Of a stretch of DNA of 64,000 nucleotides, positions 59,714-64,000 are shown piece after piece; positions within the stretch are counted from its first letter, which is position 1, and the number at the start of each line of letters is the position of its first letter. The notes under the pieces are model-generated. The model was not told where the DNA came from. It worked only from the letters and a program-made list of their open reading frames with translations, and made no database searches. The position numbers and the translations under genes are program-made. Source of the stretch: Patescibacteria group bacterium. Lineage in GTDB: Bacteria; Patescibacteriota; Microgenomatia; UBA1400; PJMF01. Location of the stretch: positions 451,271-515,270 of the forward strand of contig BOKR01000001.1 in NCBI GenBank assembly GCA_016861085.1. Direction: 5' to 3'.

Positions 59714-61123
59714 CTATTTGTTTACACAATTATAGTAAGATTCGTTTTCTAACTCTCCAAAATCACCATTTTTAATTGCTATATTTATTTCTGAGATTGC
59801 GTCAGATATTGTATGCTTTGCAGTAAACCCTAATTCTTTCTCAATTTTATCAAAAGATACTTGGTATGTTCGTTTATCAGTCACAGAGCTATTCTCTGCT
59901 TTGTGCAATTCTACTTTGGTGTTTGGTAGTACCTTTTTTACAACATCACCTATTTGTTTAATAGTAAAGTTTTGTTGGTTTGTTCCAACATTAAAAATAG
60001 TATTATCTATATTTTCAAATGACTTTTCTAAAACAGAAACATATGCTTGTGCTGCGTCAGCAACATGTAATAGTGGTCTCCATTGATCTCCACCAAAAAT
60101 ACTTATTTGTTTTTTTGTGGTTGCCATTTTGGCAAAAATATTAACAACTAAATCAAATCTCATTCTAGGAGAGTAACCATATAAAGTGCTCATTCTCATA
60201 ATGATTGGTTTAAAGTTTTCATCAGCAAGACTGAGAATAGCCTTTTCTGACTCAATTTTTGTTCGAGCATATAGAGAAACTGGGTTGAGATCAGAGCTTT
60301 CATCGAGTCTCTTTGAACCAACTCCGTATACGCTACAAGTTGAAGCAAAAATAAATTTATTGATTTGATAGTATTTACATGCTAACGCCAAAGTCATAGT
60401 TGCTAAGTAGTTAGTTGCAATAGTTTCTTGTGGGTATTTTGTACTGGCTGGATCTCCAACTATTGCAGCCAAATGAATAACAGAATCAACATTTTCAAGT
60501 GATTCATGCATTGTTTGTATATTACGGACGTCGCCTTTGATAAGCTCAAAATTAGGATCATTATATAAGTCAGAAATACTTGTGTCACCAAACTTAAGAA
60601 CATCTAGAACTCGCACAATGTAGCCTTTTTTTAAAAGTAGCCTAGATATTATTGAGCCTAAGTAACCTGCACCTCCAATGATCAAGACACGTCTAATTCC
60701 GGAATCTACGTTTGGAGTTTCTGGCTGAAAATTTAAAGAAATGTTATTTTTTGTCTGTGAATAACTCAAGATGTCGACAATTTGTTTTTTTTCGTTAATT
60801 ACTGGGATTTGTAGATAAAGAATTTGTTCGCTGATTTTTTCTTCATGTTCTTCAATATATTTAAGAACATTCTGGGTGATCTTTATTTTGCTCTGACCTT
60901 TTTTTACAGTAAGAGGACTCTTATTCATGATCTCAGCAACAGGAGCATTAATGTCAAATCCATTATTTAGAGCTCTTCTAATATCCCCTGGAGTAACAAC
61001 ACCTTTAAGAACATTGTTGTTATCTACTACAAAGACAATTCCCCAACCATTCGTATCAATTTTTTTCATGATACTTTTAGCAGCAGCATTTTTTCGGATA
61101 AAGAGTTGTTCTATGTTTTTCAT
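59714..61123 (-). CDS. CBS-pair domain fused to an NAD-dependent sugar epimerase/dehydratase (SDR)
   Basis: 469 aa. The N-terminal 130 aa form two CBS motifs. Then come the Rossmann motif RVLIIGGAGYLGSIISRLL and the catalytic YARTK. Confidence 0.75.
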   Translation of the reverse strand: MKNIEQLFIRKNAAAKSIMKKIDTNGWGIVFVVDNNNVLKGVVTPGDIRRALNNGFDINAPVAEIMNKSPLTVKKGQSKIKITQNVLKYIEEHEEKISEQILYLQIPVINEKKQIVDILSYSQTKNNISLNFQPETPNVDSGIRRVLIIGGAGYLGSIISRLLLKKGYIVRVLDVLKFGDTSISDLYNDPNFELIKGDVRNIQTMHESLENVDSVIHLAAIVGDPASTKYPQETIATNYLATMTLALACKYYQINKFIFASTCSVYGVGSKRLDESSDLNPVSLYARTKIESEKAILSLADENFKPIIMRMSTLYGYSPRMRFDLVVNIFAKMATTKKQISIFGGDQWRPLLHVADAAQAYVSVLEKSFENIDNTIFNVGTNQQNFTIKQIGDVVKKVLPNTKVELHKAENSSVTDKRTYQVSFDKIEKELGFTAKHTISDAISEINIAIKNGDFGELENESYYNCVNK

Positions 61124-61225
61124 AATGTAGCCTTGATACTACATCAGACTATATAAATTTTGCAATACATATTTCAAGTATAGCTTGTTGTAGGTGACTG
61201 TTAATCAAGTTAGCTGAGTGGTAGA

Positions 61226-62779
61226 ATGGTGAAACGAATGAATAAACTTCTTAAAAACAGTATTTACCTTTCACTATTCACTGTTATTTCTCTACCTGCT
61301 TCTTATGTAATTAGACTTATTTTATCTCAGCATCTTTCACTATCTGATTTTGGACTATTATATGCACTTATTGGTTTTTTTAGTATGGTTCAATCTTTTA
61401 ATGACCTAGGATTTTCCGAAACTCAAGCATACTTTATCCCAAAATATATTGAGCAAAAGAGAGAGGACAAGATAAAAGCTGTAGTTAAGACTCAATTATT
61501 TAATCAGTTATTCACAACATTCCTGATTGGTTTAGTTTTGGCTATATTTGCGGAATGGTTTGTTACGACAATTTTTCACTCTCCAAACGCAACTAACCTT
61601 TTTAGATTATTTATCTTAGCTTTTATTGGAAAAGATTTTTTACAAAATACAAAGATGCTTTTCTTCGCCTATCAGGAAGGAAAATTTCATGGCTCTCAAG
61701 AACCACTTCGAATCTTTTTAACACTTTTTTTACTCATCATTGGGGTAGCACTTTTTAAGGTAGATATTTTATTTGTTGTTTGGACATGGGTAATTGTGTA
61801 TGGAGTTTTAGCACTTCTTTATTTTATTTTGTTTGTGATTCGCTATAAAAAGATTTTACAAGCAAAGCATTATCCTATGAAAGAAATATATAAGGAATTT
61901 TTTCCTTTTTTGGTACCAACTTTATTAGCAAATAATGCTGGAGTCATGTTTTCTGCAGGAACAGAAATCTTCTTAGCTTATTTTAAAGGAACTGCAGATG
62001 TTGGACTATATAATATTGCTAAGCCAATTTCTAATCTAGCTTTGGCAATAACTACTCCGATAGCAAATTTGCTTAAACCACACGTTTCTCAGATAGATGA
62101 ACAAAAAAATTACGAATCAGTGGAAAAACTTATTAGTATTACAATAAATGCTGGAGTATTTTTATTACTACCATTTTCTATAACTTTAGCGTTTTACGCT
62201 AAAGAAAGTATTGTTTTTCTATTCGGAAGTAAATATGTTGCTGCTACTCAAGCACTTCAATTTATCTCTTTTGAGATCGTTCTAAATATATTAAGTCTTT
62301 TTATATTTGGCATTATTTTTGGTTTGGGTTTACAAAAAAGTAGAGCAAAAATAATCTACCTTTCTTCTGCTATAAGCTTGGTTTTTTCTCTTATTTTAAT
62401 TCCCAGATTTGCATCTGTTGGTGTAGCATTAGCAAACCTTGGATATGCGTTAACAGCAGTTATTGGTGGACTATATATCATTAGGCAGAAAATTCCTTTT
62501 TCTTTTCCTCTCTCAAACTATCTTAAGATGCTAATTCTTTCTATGATTCTTATCTTTAGTCAGGTCTTGCTTAAATTTATTTCACCTTTGGAACTTTCAC
62601 AACAGTTGTTGCTTTTTATACTTAAGGCAGCAGTTGGTCTTTCACTTTATTATGGAATCGGTATTTTTATATTTAAAATTGTTGATATTCGTTTTGTAAC
62701 TAAATTGATTTTTCCTTCGATCCCTGCTAGAGTACAAATATTAATTGCAGCCCTGAAAGGCAAACAACAGGTGTTTTGA
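61226..62779 (+). CDS. wzx: Polysaccharide biosynthesis protein / oligosaccharide flippase (MOP superfamily, Wzx-like)
   Basis: 517 aa with 12-14 predicted TM helices and Wzx-like topology. It lies between the sugar-modification genes and neuA. Confidence 0.65.
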   Translation: MVKRMNKLLKNSIYLSLFTVISLPASYVIRLILSQHLSLSDFGLLYALIGFFSMVQSFNDLGFSETQAYFIPKYIEQKREDKIKAVVKTQLFNQLFTTFLIGLVLAIFAEWFVTTIFHSPNATNLFRLFILAFIGKDFLQNTKMLFFAYQEGKFHGSQEPLRIFLTLFLLIIGVALFKVDILFVVWTWVIVYGVLALLYFILFVIRYKKILQAKHYPMKEIYKEFFPFLVPTLLANNAGVMFSAGTEIFLAYFKGTADVGLYNIAKPISNLALAITTPIANLLKPHVSQIDEQKNYESVEKLISITINAGVFLLLPFSITLAFYAKESIVFLFGSKYVAATQALQFISFEIVLNILSLFIFGIIFGLGLQKSRAKIIYLSSAISLVFSLILIPRFASVGVALANLGYALTAVIGGLYIIRQKIPFSFPLSNYLKMLILSMILIFSQVLLKFISPLELSQQLLLFILKAAVGLSLYYGIGIFIFKIVDIRFVTKLIFPSIPARVQILIAALKGKQQVF

Positions 62780-63462
62780 TGTCAAAAACAATAGCACTGA
62801 TTCCTGCTAGAGGTGGTTCACAGTCTATTCCGCGAAAAAACATTAAGTTATTGGGTAATAAACCTCTTGTTGCTTGGCCAATCGAGCTTGCTTTAAGTAT
62901 CCCTCAAATTGATAGAGTTATAGTTAGTAGTGATGATGATGAAATCATGACAATTGCTCAGAAGTATGGTGCTGAAGTTTTATTTAAACGACCTCAAGAT
63001 TTATCAGGCAGTGATGTTCCAACTTTACCGGTTTTACAACATGCGGTGAACTATTTACGTAAATCGGAGGGTTATTTTGCAGAGAACGTATTATTGCTCT
63101 ATCCTACAACACCTTTTTTGAAAAAAGAAAGAATTTTAGAAGGTATTGATTTGTTGAATGATGGAGCTGATAGTGTTATAGGAGTTAGAAAGATACGAGG
63201 CTATATATGGAAGAAAACTAAAAATAATGAAAACAAACTCATACCTTTTTATCCTCCAAAAAGAGTGAATAGACAAAAATTTGAGCACCTGTTAGAAGAA
63301 GTTGGTAATATTTACTTCATGAAAAGCTCAGTTTTAATAGAGCAAAATAGAATTGTTTCAGAGGAAAACTGCCAATTTATATTCGTAGGGCAAGATGAGA
63401 TACTTGACATAGATGAGCCGAGTGATTTTTTAGAAGCAGAAGAAAGATTAAGAAAGAATTAA
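62776..63462 (+). CDS. CMP-nonulosonic acid (N-acylneuraminate/pseudaminate) cytidylyltransferase family
   Basis: 228 aa starting IALIPARGGSQSIPRKNIKLLGNKPLVAWPIELA, the CTP_transf_3 (NeuA/PseF/KdsB-like) N-terminal signature. Confidence 0.8.
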   Translation: MMSKTIALIPARGGSQSIPRKNIKLLGNKPLVAWPIELALSIPQIDRVIVSSDDDEIMTIAQKYGAEVLFKRPQDLSGSDVPTLPVLQHAVNYLRKSEGYFAENVLLLYPTTPFLKKERILEGIDLLNDGADSVIGVRKIRGYIWKKTKNNENKLIPFYPPKRVNRQKFEHLLEEVGNIYFMKSSVLIEQNRIVSEENCQFIFVGQDEILDIDEPSDFLEAEERLRKN

Positions 63463-63463
63463 A

Positions 63464-64000
63464 ATGCAAAAGCAACAATTCATCCCTTTTTGTAGAGTTG
63501 AGTTAACCCAAGCAGAAATAACTGCTGTGACTGAGTGTTTAAGGTCTGGTTGGTTAACTATGGGAAATCAGGTTCAAAAATTTGAGCAACAGTTTGCTGA
63601 GTATGTTGGAGTCAAGTATGCCATCAGTGTTAATTCTTGTACAGCAGCTCTAGATCTTGCTTTATTAGCTCACAATATTGGTAAGGGTGATGAGGTTTTA
63701 GTTCCTTCTTTCACGTTTGTTGCTACTGCAAACGTGGTGATTCATGCAGGAGCAAAACCAGTTTTTGTTGACATTGACAAAAACACGTTAAATATCGATC
63801 TTGAAGATATAGTCAAAAAAATAACAAAAAAAACAAAGGCAATCATTGTAGTTCACTATGCCGGATTACCGGTTGAGCTCACAAAAATTAAAAAGATTGC
63901 TAAAGAACATAATTTAATTATTATTGAAGACGCTGCTCATGCTGTTGGAAGTAAATATAAAGGCAAATACGTTGGTGCACACGGAAATACAACATGTTTT
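63464..64000 (+). CDS. DegT/DnrJ/EryC1/StrS family PLP-dependent sugar aminotransferase (N-terminal part, runs off the window)
   Basis: Starts at the ATG at 63464. SGWLTMGNQVQKFEQQFAEYVGVKYAISVNSCTAALDLALLA is a DegT signature (PseC/ArnB-like). Confidence 0.85.
   Translation, partial: MQKQQFIPFCRVELTQAEITAVTECLRSGWLTMGNQVQKFEQQFAEYVGVKYAISVNSCTAALDLALLAHNIGKGDEVLVPSFTFVATANVVIHAGAKPVFVDIDKNTLNIDLEDIVKKITKKTKAIIVVHYAGLPVELTKIKKIAKEHNLIIIEDAAHAVGSKYKGKYVGAHGNTTCF

Noticed and set aside
1-64000. CRISPR arrays, IS elements or transposases, integrases, prophage genes, restriction-modification or other defence genes
   Set aside because: I saw no direct-repeat or spacer periodicity and no transposase, integrase or nuclease-like ORFs. 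The only ATPases are RuvB and the ABC subunits.

Overview
This 64 kb window is AT-rich, uses the standard genetic code, and is densely packed with mostly minus-strand genes that often overlap by 4–23 nt. That organisation fits a small-genome bacterium; a Patescibacteria/CPR-like origin is only a guess from gene content. I found no rRNA, tRNA, CRISPR array, IS element or prophage.

Layout, left to right:
- **1–5.6 kb:** the 5' end of the dcw cluster (rsmH partial, mraZ), then ilvE, galU, two small hypothetical ORFs (one weakly supported) and glycyl-tRNA synthetase.
- **5.9–16.7 kb:** a tightly coupled four-gene minus-strand operon. It encodes a 2374-aa secreted protein built from Kelch-like β-propeller repeats and FN3 domains, a 129-aa membrane-anchored FN3 protein, a MacB/LolD-type ABC ATPase, and an FtsX/MacB-type permease with a very large extracytoplasmic insertion. 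A clean rho-independent terminator follows it.
- **16.7–17.9 kb:** recO and an orphan plus-strand ORF.
- **17.9–64 kb (continues past the window):** one very large glycoconjugate biosynthesis locus. It holds:
  - a DUF4012-like protein and a PglC-like initiating phosphoglycosyl transferase;
  - sugar-nucleotide synthesis genes (manC and UDP-xylose synthase inside it; galU sits upstream at 2.2 kb);
  - six GT4 and three GT2 glycosyltransferases;
  - at least six polytopic GT-C-like membrane glycosyltransferases, one disrupted by a homopolymer frameshift;
  - two paralogous O-antigen-ligase/Wzy-like proteins, one fused to a roughly 600-aa extra domain;
  - a hexapeptide acetyltransferase and a Wzm/Wzt ABC exporter;
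  - a WbuX/HisH/HisF-like acetamidino-sugar module and a Capsule_synth-like transferase;
  - a CBS–epimerase fusion, wzx, a neuA-like cytidylyltransferase and degT (partial).
- ruvCAB is embedded in the middle of this locus.

GC content drops to about 25–35% over roughly 39.8–54 kb, against about 40–45% in the first 17 kb.

The system I would pursue is the combination of the giant Kelch/FN3 surface protein with its ABC partner, sitting next to an unusually GT-C-rich glycosylation locus. It looks like a candidate surface-protein glycosylation and display system. Functions are inferred from motifs only; I could not run any database search.
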